From contig CAZHRF010000001.1 of assembly GCA_964534625.1 (NCBI GenBank), forward strand, positions 140,316 through 171,938: 31,623 nt of DNA, read 5' to 3'. The position numbers and the translations under genes were made by a program. The DNA is from an uncultured archaeon. GTDB taxonomy: Archaea; Asgardarchaeota; Heimdallarchaeia; Heimdallarchaeales; Heimdallarchaeaceae. Positions 9,089 through 18,070 of this stretch are shown in pieces (position 1 is the first letter of the stretch; every line of letters begins with the position of its first letter). The notes under the pieces were generated by a model. It worked only from the letters and a program-made list of their open reading frames with translations, was not told the DNA's origin and searched no databases.

Positions 9089-10411
9089 CTATTTTTCTGA
9101 TAAAGGTTCTTCTTGAACCAACATTACATCCAATTTTGTACAAACAGCTGGAATCTTAACTTTTTCAGAGATACTTGGTTTTGTTCTACCATTATCCCCA
9201 CTAATTAATTCTTTGACATAACATCCCCCATCACACTTCATGTAGGCAATAAGGCTATTTTCAGATATTCTTTTGCATTTGATGGAATAAACTTCTTTTT
9301 TACGGATTTTATCTGCACGACGATGTACAACTCTTGTTGGAGTTTGTTGGTCTAGTACAATGTTTTGAAAATAGTTTTCAATGGTTGCTATCTGATTGTC
9401 TGAGATGGGATTATCAAACTTAATCTCTGCTTTATATTCTTTTACTGTGTCGGGTGCATGTTCTTTTAAGTGTACCACTTCTTCCTTAGATGACCATCTT
9501 AGATCTTTTACCTCAACTTTACTCTCTGCCTGTTTATTGATTAATTGTTGTAAATTATCAAGATTACAGGAACGTATGCTAGGGTTCTTAATTTCTAAAA
9601 CAAAAGGTCTACCGGTGCCTAACATCTTTGCATCAATATCCTCTCTTCCTGCGCCATGAAGACTGGCGTCCTCGCCTCTAAAAACAGTAATGGGAACCGC
9701 CATTATTAATTCTTCCACAGATTCTTGATATCTTTTTCCTGTAAAATTACATTCTTTACAACCCTTACCATTACAATTGGAGCAATACCAACGAGTTTGA
9801 GGTATTGTCCTGACATATTTGAGATATCTGCCATAAAGATATACTGATCTAGGATTAATTTTTATTGTTTTTTTTAAGGGATTAATCTGAACAGTGATAT
9901 CGGGATTATTAAATGCCACATTCTTTCTGGTTTCATTACCCAATATTTTTCCTATTTCACGATTAAATTCTTGATTTAAGTATTCTGTATCGATAACGGC
10001 AAATTGTTTTTTTAGTTCTTTTTCCCTTTCATACCACTCTTTAGGTAACCGGGTACCTATAAGGTAGGTATCAAATTCATATCCCTTTAAATCTTGAACA
10101 ATTTTATATGCTATTTCTTGAATTAAATCAAGTTTATCTTGACAAATATAACATTCCTGATTCTTTGGAATTTCAACGTGTTGTTTTTCTAGAACACTTA
10201 ACGCTATATCTGTATTTGAACCCGCAAGTATCTTTAATATGTCGTTGTTATATGATTGGTTAGAAAATTCCATGGTTAAAACATTTTTAAGCCATTTACC
10301 ACGTTTATAGTTGGTTGTTCCTGTTCCTGCATTAGAAAATTGTCGTCCAAGACACCTATGACATAAAGAATATTGTGTCAAAATTTCGATAGCTTTCTGA
10401 AGTACTTCCAT
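9089..10411 (-). CDS. pus10: tRNA pseudouridine(54/55) synthase Pus10
   Basis: LCHRCLGRQF, GRYLKYVRTIPQTRW, HGAGREDIDAKMLGTGRPF (catalytic Asp), QQTPTRVVHRRAD, GGCYVKELISGD. ATG 10411 preferred over GTG 10420. Confidence 0.97.
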   Translation of the reverse strand: MEVLQKAIEILTQYSLCHRCLGRQFSNAGTGTTNYKRGKWLKNVLTMEFSNQSYNNDILKILAGSNTDIALSVLEKQHVEIPKNQECYICQDKLDLIQEIAYKIVQDLKGYEFDTYLIGTRLPKEWYEREKELKKQFAVIDTEYLNQEFNREIGKILGNETRKNVAFNNPDITVQINPLKKTIKINPRSVYLYGRYLKYVRTIPQTRWYCSNCNGKGCKECNFTGKRYQESVEELIMAVPITVFRGEDASLHGAGREDIDAKMLGTGRPFVLEIKNPSIRSCNLDNLQQLINKQAESKVEVKDLRWSSKEEVVHLKEHAPDTVKEYKAEIKFDNPISDNQIATIENYFQNIVLDQQTPTRVVHRRADKIRKKEVYSIKCKRISENSLIAYMKCDGGCYVKELISGDNGRTKPSISEKVKIPAVCTKLDVMLVQEEPLSEK

Positions 10412-10412
10412 T

Positions 10413-10976
10413 CTAATCACTTTTATCGAGATAATAATTTAATAAAATGATTTGTTCATCTATTTCCACATTTCCTAAAGAAAGATCAGAAAATTGATTA
10501 TTATCACCACCAGTATAATTGAAAATAAACATGTTCCGAGACCGATTATCCAGTTTATTGTCTACTCTTATTTCTTTGGATCTGACTACTCTAAATTTTT
10601 TTACATCCTCGTGAGTGTTGAAAATATCTTTGATAGTTGATTTTCGAATAGAAAGACCTGGTGTTAATCGACCCCTTTTTGATCTAGGCTCTTTGGTATG
10701 AGTAAAAGCACGCAATAGTAGATGAGCTGCAGAAAAAAAACTTGGCCCTAGATATCTCAAATCATTACCATTGAAAGTTACCATATATCCGGTCTTCTGA
10801 TACCTTGTGATAAAATAAAGTATAATGTCACTACGAAAATTGTTTGAAAGGAAAAAAGTATCTGAAATAGCTTTTATATAAGAACCAAGTTCATGGAGTT
10901 GACTTGATACATCAAAGATGCTTTTTTTATTAATATTAAGTGGATTACTTTTTATAACAAAAAACTGTTTGACCAT
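10413..10976 (-). CDS. trmY: Divergent TrmY-like SPOUT protein (tRNA pseudouridine54 N1-methyltransferase homologue), possibly inactive
   Basis: FFLSNNFRSD, TFNGNDLRYLGP, TPGLSI, LSLG and the YYLDK end match the TrmY scaffold; usual position next to pus10. ATG 10976 avoids overlap with srp54. Confidence 0.75.
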   Translation of the reverse strand: MVKQFFVIKSNPLNINKKSIFDVSSQLHELGSYIKAISDTFFLSNNFRSDIILYFITRYQKTGYMVTFNGNDLRYLGPSFFSAAHLLLRAFTHTKEPRSKRGRLTPGLSIRKSTIKDIFNTHEDVKKFRVVRSKEIRVDNKLDNRSRNMFIFNYTGGDNNQFSDLSLGNVEIDEQIILLNYYLDKSD

Positions 10977-10998
10977 TGATATCACACGAACATTAACA

Positions 10999-12336
10999 TT
11001 AACCAAACATATTTGGTAATCCTGGAATTTGAAATCCTCCACGTCTGCTTTTTTTCATTTTTTTCATCAATTGTTGAATCATTTTTTGTTGATTAATTAA
11101 TTCTTTTATTTCAGAGACAGGACGACCACTTCCACGTGATATGCGGTGAATCCGAGATTGGTTAAGTTTAACTTTATTATCTAACTCATCGTCCGTCATG
11201 GATGACATAATAATATTGAATTTCTCCATGTTCTCTTTTGACATATCAAACATTTCTTGATCCATAGTCATACCTAAACCTGGAACCATTGACATCATTC
11301 GTTTCATGGAACCCATTTTTCCAAACTGGTTTAGTAGTTCCATCATCTGTCTTAGTGTGATTTTTCCACTAATCATATCCATTGCTTGTTTTTTTGATGG
11401 TAAATCTTCTATCTCACTTACTTCTTTAAGTAAGCCTTCTAAATCTCCAATACCTAATAAACGGCCAACAAAAGATTCTGGTTTGAACTCCTCAATTGCA
11501 TCTATACCCTCACCATCTGTAACAAACTTAATGGGAACATCGGCAGCAGCTGCAGCAGAAATTGCTCCTCCTCCTTTTGCACTCCCATCCAATTTTGTAA
11601 TTATGATTGAACCAACGGGTGTATTTTCGACAAAAGCTTTTGCTTGGTCATAAGCAGCTTGACCAATATTTCCGTCAATAACAAGTATCACTTCATCAGG
11701 CTTAATTTTTTTATTAATATCTCGCATTTCTTTTAAGAGTGATTTTTCTTCTTTATGACGACCAGCAGTATCAACTAAAATAGCTTTATACTTTTCATCA
11801 AGAAACTTCTTGACCCCTCTAGCAGCTATCTTAACTGCATCATCATTGTCTGGATCTCCATATACTGATACTTCAATTGGTTCGCATAGTTGTTTGATTT
11901 GATCATAAGCACCCGGTCTAAAATTATCAGCTGTTACAACAGCTACCTTTTTACCCCGTTTTTTAATATATTTAGCCAATTTTGCGACAGTAGTTGTTTT
12001 TCCACTACCTTGTATACCCACTAACTCAATAACTGTGGGTTGATCTTGATGAATAGTTAGCGGATAATGCTTTTTTCCTAAAATTCGTGTAAGTTCATCA
12101 TATACAATAGAAATTATACTTTTCTGCCTAGAAAGGCCAGGTGCAAGTTCCTTCTCCAAAGACCGTTCTTCAACCTTATTAACAACTTCTACTGCAATAT
12201 CAAAGTTTACATCAGCTTCTAGTAAGGCACGAAGAATTTCGTTTTTAAGCTGTTTTATCGTTTCCTTGTCAGGTGGGCCTCGTTTAATCAGTCGAGAGAG
12301 TGAATCACGAATTTTAGTTCCTAAATTGCCTAACAT
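10999..12336 (-). CDS. srp54: Signal recognition particle protein SRP54
   Basis: RALLEADVN, GIQGSGKTTT, DTAGRH, TKLDGSAKGGG, Met-rich M domain with SRIHRISRGSG. Confidence 0.98.
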   Translation of the reverse strand: MLGNLGTKIRDSLSRLIKRGPPDKETIKQLKNEILRALLEADVNFDIAVEVVNKVEERSLEKELAPGLSRQKSIISIVYDELTRILGKKHYPLTIHQDQPTVIELVGIQGSGKTTTVAKLAKYIKKRGKKVAVVTADNFRPGAYDQIKQLCEPIEVSVYGDPDNDDAVKIAARGVKKFLDEKYKAILVDTAGRHKEEKSLLKEMRDINKKIKPDEVILVIDGNIGQAAYDQAKAFVENTPVGSIIITKLDGSAKGGGAISAAAAADVPIKFVTDGEGIDAIEEFKPESFVGRLLGIGDLEGLLKEVSEIEDLPSKKQAMDMISGKITLRQMMELLNQFGKMGSMKRMMSMVPGLGMTMDQEMFDMSKENMEKFNIIMSSMTDDELDNKVKLNQSRIHRISRGSGRPVSEIKELINQQKMIQQLMKKMKKSRRGGFQIPGLPNMFG

Positions 12337-12569
12337 GAAGTATCATATCAAAATCAGCATAGAGGTTAAAGAATATTACGTTTCAAAAGAAAAAAAAGAG
12401 TTTAATTCCCCTTTTCTAAAAAAGATGAAGTTTAAAATTTTAAGTCTGAAAATATGTTTAAAGTAAAAATATCCATATAAAATAGAGAAAGTAATGATTT
12501 GCATCTACTTTAAAAAAATAATTTTAGGTTTTGTTATATGATTCGGCAGTATAATACTTTTTAAAAAAT

Positions 12570-12699
12570 TGGTGCGGGGGGAGGGATTCGAACCCGCGAA
12601 CCACTAAGGAACGGATTTCTTATCCGGCAACTTAATTTTTCTAGCCCTTTATCTCTAGATCTTAAGTCCGTCGCCGTTGACCTGCTTGGCTACCCCCGC
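12570..12699 (-). tRNA. tRNA-Leu(TAA) with 44-nt intron at 37/38 (12617-12660); CCA encoded
   Basis: GCGGGGG/CCCCCGC acceptor stem, ACGGA-CT-TAA-G^A-TCCGT anticodon arm, long variable arm, TTCGAAT T-loop; BHB central helix CTTA/TAAG with 3-nt bulges. Confidence 0.96.
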
Positions 12700-12807
12700 A
12701 GGCATTAAAGGATAAAAGATTAATAGTTAATCTCTTTTGAACCTTTATACTCTTTTGATTTTCTTCCTTTTTTTAAAATTTGTGTAGGTTGACTGGTTTT
12801 GGATTTT

Positions 12808-13491
12808 TCATTCTACAATTGTTCCGATATTTTCTCCGTTGAGTATCTTTTTAATATTTTTGGGCTTACTACCATCCGTAAAAGTCAGTTTGATTCTTGA
12901 TCTTTTTATAATTTCGCAACCAACTCTATCAAATAAGTCATATTTTCCTGGTTTTTCCTCATTACTTTGTAAAATTTCCAGTAATTTTTTGATTGTTATA
13001 CGATCATATGCCTCTGCCTCTGGATATATCTTAGGATCTTGAGAATAAACTTTTTCTACATTTGAAAGATTAATGAGTATGTCCGCCTCAAAAAATTCAG
13101 CAATTAAAGCTGCAACTGCATTTGTAGATTGACCTGGTTGCAAACCACCAGTAACTAATACCTTCCCTGATGATAGGGCATAACTAACCTCATCAAAAGA
13201 TCTTGGAACTAAACGAAAAGCCTTGTCCTTTAAACCTGCAATTAGTAACATGGCATTCATTCTTGAAGCTTCTATACCCATCAAATCTTGATAACCTTTA
13301 GATTGTCCTAGTTTTTCACTTGCTTGGATAAAGACTCTTGCTAATTTTCCGCCTCCAACTATAACTGCAACTTCATGTCCTTTAGTAAGCAATTCTTGAA
13401 TTGTATCTATATACGCTTGAATCAACTTAACATTTAAATCAAAATTATCTTTGTATAATATGGATCCACCTATTTTTAGTACTACTTTCAA
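12808..13491 (-). CDS. pyrH: Uridylate kinase
   Basis: VVLKIGGS, IVGGGKLAR, DLMGIEASRMNA, GGLQPGQSTNAVAA, IGTIV. Confidence 0.97.
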   Translation of the reverse strand: MKVVLKIGGSILYKDNFDLNVKLIQAYIDTIQELLTKGHEVAVIVGGGKLARVFIQASEKLGQSKGYQDLMGIEASRMNAMLLIAGLKDKAFRLVPRSFDEVSYALSSGKVLVTGGLQPGQSTNAVAALIAEFFEADILINLSNVEKVYSQDPKIYPEAEAYDRITIKKLLEILQSNEEKPGKYDLFDRVGCEIIKRSRIKLTFTDGSKPKNIKKILNGENIGTIVE

Positions 13492-13819
13492 AACTATCGC
13501 CCTTTTCGTATCTAAAATAATTTATTTCTTTTCATTAAAATATTTATTTCTTATGTACTTATTGTATGAAATGCAAGTAGAATTGTACATTTGTCATCAT
13601 TGGATAAAAGGCAATAATCATCGCTTATATTTGCCATCTTTGAAGGGTTTTGACTTATTTATATATATTTTGTCTATTGATCACTCATCTTTATAAAGTA
13701 ATTATAATAAACTTAAAACTTAAACTTATTACAATTTAGAGTCTTAATTAACAACTGAAAAGCGAATCTTTTTAATTACTTCTCAAGTATTTCCTTTTAC
13801 CTATATAAAAGAGGAAGTA

Positions 13820-15142
13820 ATGATGAGTTTGGATCTTAAAAATAGGAAATCAATTAGCAATGTATTTACCAACGAGTTTTCAGATATTGTTATTGCAGGT
13901 TGGGTTCAACACGTTAGGAACTTAGGCGGAATCCGTTTTATTAGAGTTCAAGATCGTACAGGAATAGTTCAAGTTGTTATGCCAAAGAAAAAAATACCAG
14001 AAAAAATTTTTTCAATAGAACTTAATGAAGGCGACATTATTCTAATTCAAGGAAAAATTGTTAAAAATAAAACAGCTCCTAAAGGTAGGGAAATCCTCCC
14101 CACAGATCTAAAATTGTTGAATCAACGTTATGAAGAATACCCTATTGCGATTACGGATAAAATAGAAACAAATCCAGATAAGAGATATGATTATAGATAC
14201 TTGGATTTACGAAATAGGCGGATTGCTCAAATATTTGAAATAGAAAGTGAAATAGCCTATGCTTTTCAAGAGTACTTTCATAAAGAAGGTTTTTTACAAT
14301 TTTTTTCATCAAAAATAAGTGGAGCGGCGACAGAAGGAGGAGCAAATGTTTTTGAAATTGGATACTTTGATAAAAAGGCCTATCTTGCCCAGTCTCCACA
14401 ATTCTACAAACAGATGATGCTAATGGGAGGATTTGAAAAAGTCTTCGAAATTGGTCCTGTGTTTAGAGCAGAAAAACACCACACGACAAGACATCTATGC
14501 GAATATACTTCATTAGATTTTGAAATAGCTTACATACCAGATCAATCGGTTGTAATAAATGTTTTACAGAATGCTATAATACATGTTTTAGCTGTTATTA
14601 AAAAAGAAAAACAAGATTCTCTTCAAGAATTGGAAATTGAAATAGTAGATCAGCCAAAAGAATGGCCAGTACTGACGATAACAGAATGCCATGAAATATT
14701 GTCAAAAGAAGGAAAAGAACTAAGTATAAATGATGACTTAGATCCTGAAGCAGAAAAAATAATCGGTCAATATGCAAAAGAAAAATACCAATCTGATTTT
14801 GTATTTGTCGATAAATATCCTTGGACAGTCAGACCATTTTATACGATGAAAGATGAAGAAAATGAGAATTTGACAAAATCATTTGATTTATTGTACAAAG
14901 GACAAGAATTAACAACAGGTGGGCAAAGAGAGCACAGAGTAGAAAAACTAATAGAACAAGCAAAACAAAAAGGTGCATCACCTAGTGATCTAAACTATTA
15001 TATTCAATTCTTTAAAAATGGAGCACCACCACATGGGGGATCTGGAACAGGTATAGAGCGTTTTGTTCAACAATTATTGAATTTATCGAATATAAGAGAG
15101 GCAAGGTTATTGCCAAGAGATCCAAATAGGGTCCATCCATAA
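13820..15142 (+). CDS. aspS: Aspartate--tRNA ligase, archaeal type, likely non-discriminating Asp/Asn
   Basis: AGWV..VRNLGG OB fold, [52 protein letters not shown]. Confidence 0.96.
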   Translation: MMSLDLKNRKSISNVFTNEFSDIVIAGWVQHVRNLGGIRFIRVQDRTGIVQVVMPKKKIPEKIFSIELNEGDIILIQGKIVKNKTAPKGREILPTDLKLLNQRYEEYPIAITDKIETNPDKRYDYRYLDLRNRRIAQIFEIESEIAYAFQEYFHKEGFLQFFSSKISGAATEGGANVFEIGYFDKKAYLAQSPQFYKQMMLMGGFEKVFEIGPVFRAEKHHTTRHLCEYTSLDFEIAYIPDQSVVINVLQNAIIHVLAVIKKEKQDSLQELEIEIVDQPKEWPVLTITECHEILSKEGKELSINDDLDPEAEKIIGQYAKEKYQSDFVFVDKYPWTVRPFYTMKDEENENLTKSFDLLYKGQELTTGGQREHRVEKLIEQAKQKGASPSDLNYYIQFFKNGAPPHGGSGTGIERFVQQLLNLSNIREARLLPRDPNRVHP

Positions 15143-15460
15143 ATTATAAGAGCTAAATGTTAAATTTTTCAGCCAAGAAGAGTAATCACGTTGTTATGTC
15201 TCATATTCAGTTCGTTAGTTACTTGGAAGGAATTACAACAAATGAGAAAGGTTACTATTATGAAATAACTGTACTTCATCATAACTACTATTATGGTTTA
15301 CACACTTATAAATAATAAATAGTGGAAATATCGAGAGACATACTTTCTAATAATCTATTGTCAAGAATGCAAAAGTAATAAAAGGTTTCTTAGAAAAAAA
15401 GCTTGAAATAACAGGTAGAGAAAGACAATTAAAGTCTCTTGAATTTTAGAGGTTTAAAAA

Positions 15461-16723
15461 ATGAACTCATCAACAGAACAAAGATCATCCGTCGAACGTT
15501 ATATCCTTAAAAATGAAATTGAAAAATTAGAAAAAAAACGGAGTTTTAATATGAGTACAAGTTTAATTTCACTCTATATTCCTCCAAAAACAAGGATATC
15601 TGATATAGCCCAACAACTAAGAGATGAAGCAGGAACTGCGACTAATATTAAAGACAAAAACACTGGAAAAGCGGTACAAGCGGCTATCTCTTCGATATTA
15701 GCACGTATGAAATATATCCAAGAAGTACCTGAAAATGGTCTAGCGATTTTTGCGGGTCAAACAAGTTTGAATAATATAGAATACCATGCGATCGTACCAC
15801 CCGAGAAAATCAACATTAAATTGTATATGTGTGATAATGTTTTTCATGTTAATCATTTAAAAGATATGCTGGAAAGTAAATTACGTTATGGTTTAATTAT
15901 TGTCTCGCGTGGTGGAGTAACTTTAGCCACTCTTCAAGGTTCTCGATTTAATCTCATCCGTGAAATGGAAAGTAATGTACCAAAAAAGCACAAAATGGGT
16001 GGGCAATCACAAAGAAGATTTCAAAGGTTGGTTGAAGAAGCCGCAAGTCACTGGTACAATAAGGTCGCAGAAGTTATGAATAAAACTTTTTTAGATGATA
16101 TCCCTGTTGAAGCTATTGTTGTTGGTGGTCCTGCTATGTCTAAAACAGAATTTTTAGATAGTAATGAGATTGATTATCGAATTAAAGATAAAGTAATTGG
16201 TGTATATGATGTTGGATATGATGGGATGGCAGGATTAAAAGAATTAGTAGAAAAAGCTGAGGATAGATTAGGTGCTTTTGAGTTAGTAAAAGAAAGGAAA
16301 TTAATGAAAGAATTCATGTCTCATCTAGGAAAAGATACTGGACTTGTTACGTATGGAGAAAATGAAGTAAAAGAGGCACTAGAAAAAGCAGCAGTAGACA
16401 AAGTAATAGTTAGTGAAGAAGTTGATCGTGTAAATATGGAAATAGAATGCGAGGGGTGCGGATATCAATTAAATGATTCTGTACAGACAAAGCGATATGA
16501 TGATTATGTCAACGATTTATCCGATAAAAAGTGTCCAGAATGTGGAGAAGCAAGATTGGTGATCAAAGAAGAAAGAGATTTGATCAAAGAACTCAATGAT
16601 ATGGCAAAAAATACTGGAGCTGAAGTTGAAGTCATATCAGTTGCACATGAGGACGGTGAAATGCTTTACAGCGCATTTGGAGGGATAGCTGCTTTTCTGA
16701 GATACAAATTATATGGATACTAA
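15461..16723 (+). CDS. prf1: Peptide chain release factor aRF1
   Basis: LISLYIPP, NIKD, YMCDNVF, KKHKMGGQSQRRF, FGGIAAFLRY; CxxC...CxxC insertion in domain 3. Confidence 0.98.
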   Translation: MNSSTEQRSSVERYILKNEIEKLEKKRSFNMSTSLISLYIPPKTRISDIAQQLRDEAGTATNIKDKNTGKAVQAAISSILARMKYIQEVPENGLAIFAGQTSLNNIEYHAIVPPEKINIKLYMCDNVFHVNHLKDMLESKLRYGLIIVSRGGVTLATLQGSRFNLIREMESNVPKKHKMGGQSQRRFQRLVEEAASHWYNKVAEVMNKTFLDDIPVEAIVVGGPAMSKTEFLDSNEIDYRIKDKVIGVYDVGYDGMAGLKELVEKAEDRLGAFELVKERKLMKEFMSHLGKDTGLVTYGENEVKEALEKAAVDKVIVSEEVDRVNMEIECEGCGYQLNDSVQTKRYDDYVNDLSDKKCPECGEARLVIKEERDLIKELNDMAKNTGAEVEVISVAHEDGEMLYSAFGGIAAFLRYKLYGY

Positions 16724-16819
16724 TGGGGTTCTATATCTGTTTTATACTTTTTTGTCGGAAAAATAGAAATCTTTTTTTATCTGTTTTATTTTGAATTATA
16801 AGTAAAGGTGTAAAGGCTC

Positions 16820-17074
16820 ATGGTAGAAATTGACAAAATGAAATTGGATATACTGGACATAATGGTATCCATGAAAAAAGGTTATTCAATAGCTGATTTA
16901 ATGATGCAATTGGCAAATTTGTATGCGCCAATAGGAGAAAAACCAAATCAAGAACAAGTTGAATCAATATTGGAAGAATTCAAAAACGAAGGTTATATTA
17001 AAGAATTCATGGTAGGTACATTACCAAGTTACAAAATAACAGATGAAGGAGAAGAGTTTTTCTATACCCATTAA
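16820..17074 (+). CDS. Small winged helix-turn-helix protein
   Basis: 84 aa, AAGGTG SD; VESILEEFKNEGYIK...YKITDEGEEF resembles the wHTH recognition helix, wing and YxITxxG ending. Confidence 0.7.
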   Translation: MVEIDKMKLDILDIMVSMKKGYSIADLMMQLANLYAPIGEKPNQEQVESILEEFKNEGYIKEFMVGTLPSYKITDEGEEFFYTH

Positions 17075-17098
17075 AGACAAGAGAAGGAAATAGTAAAC

Positions 17099-17857
17099 AT
17101 GGTTCTCAATGAAAACTTAGGTTTACCAATTGCTAGTAAGGAAGACGAATTATTATTACCCGAACATTTAGTTGAGACTAAGGGCATAATTTCATACAAA
17201 GGTAATGACCTAAAAACACTAACAAAAAAACAGAAATGGACGGAAAAAGAAAAAGAAGAATTGATATATAAAACATATTTGGATGTAAAACGGATAGAAG
17301 ATAAAAGTTATTGGGAAAAAGTTCAGTTTGATATTTTGATGATTCTTTCGGGAAAAATTGGAAATGAATTTAAAAAAACAAGAGCTTATTACCGTTCAAT
17401 TGCAGATAATGGAGTTCATTATCCAGAGGTTTTTCAAGTGGCAGAAGGATATATTGAGTTTTTTCTTCAAAAACCTACTAAAAAGCATACTATTGTGAAT
17501 GATATTGTAGTTATACGGGCTCAAAAGATGGATATAATTGCAGTGCCACCTTCTTATGGAGTGACACTTATCAATCCTGCAGATAAAAATGCAGTAGTAG
17601 GAAGAATTAGATCTAGAGAGGTTGAGGAAATAGTTGAACCTTTTGAAGAAACACAAGGTGAAAGTTATTATAAATTAACTGATGGAAGGTGGGAATATAA
17701 CGCGAAGTATGATGAAATTCCTATGTTGAAACTAGAACCAACTCAAAATAGTTGGAGACATATGAAAAGAGGAACACCTGTTTATGAATCACAAATCAAG
17801 CATCCAAATGCAGTGGCACCTTTAGTGATCCCCAATCCCTTAGATTTTAATTTGTAA
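17099..17857 (+). CDS. Cupin-type glucose-6-phosphate isomerase homologue with degenerate metal site
   Basis: FDILMILSGKIGNEFKKT, YPEVFQVAEG..FFLQK, DIIAVPPSYG.TLINP, WEYNAKY follow the cupin-PGI scaffold. Confidence 0.8.
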   Translation: MVLNENLGLPIASKEDELLLPEHLVETKGIISYKGNDLKTLTKKQKWTEKEKEELIYKTYLDVKRIEDKSYWEKVQFDILMILSGKIGNEFKKTRAYYRSIADNGVHYPEVFQVAEGYIEFFLQKPTKKHTIVNDIVVIRAQKMDIIAVPPSYGVTLINPADKNAVVGRIRSREVEEIVEPFEETQGESYYKLTDGRWEYNAKYDEIPMLKLEPTQNSWRHMKRGTPVYESQIKHPNAVAPLVIPNPLDFNL

Positions 17858-17957
17858 ACTTTAAAGACAAGGAAAAGAAGAAAAAACTTAAAAACAAAAG
17901 AACAGAGGAACAATTGCACACCATCATTCTAAAAAAATGATACGGAGTGACTTTCAA

Positions 17958-18066
17958 GGATCTTTAGCTCAGCTTGGTTAGAGCGCACGGCTGATAAATA
18001 ATAATTTCTTATTGGTTGTGTGCAGAAACCGTGAGGTCGGCAGTTCAAATCTGCCAAGATCCACCA
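17958..18066 (+). tRNA. tRNA-Ile(GAT) with 31-nt intron at 37/38 (17997-18027); CCA encoded
   Basis: GGATCTT/AAGATCC acceptor, GCTC/GAGC D-stem, CACGG-CT-GAT-A^A-CCGTG, GGCAG-TTCAAAT-CTGCC. Confidence 0.96.
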
Positions 18067-18070
18067 TTTT

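Noticed and set aside
10977-11042. 22-codon N-terminal extension of the TrmY-like ORF
   Set aside because: It overlaps the srp54 3' end; similarity to TrmY begins at ATG 10976.
13451-13696. 81-aa ORF in the pyrH/aspS divergent region, and an ATGATGA C-box-like motif on the minus strand near 13593-13599
   Set aside because: The ORF overlaps the pyrH start and has non-coding-like composition; no suitably placed CTGA D box supports a C/D guide RNA.
15461-16723. Stop-codon reassignment implied by the aRF1 NIKD motif
   Set aside because: TAA, TAG and TGA all terminate conserved genes at expected positions, and no in-frame stops interrupt conserved proteins.
17860-18070. tRNA genes as integration sites of a genomic island
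   Set aside because: No integrase, no duplicated tRNA 3' end, and the flanking genes are housekeeping.
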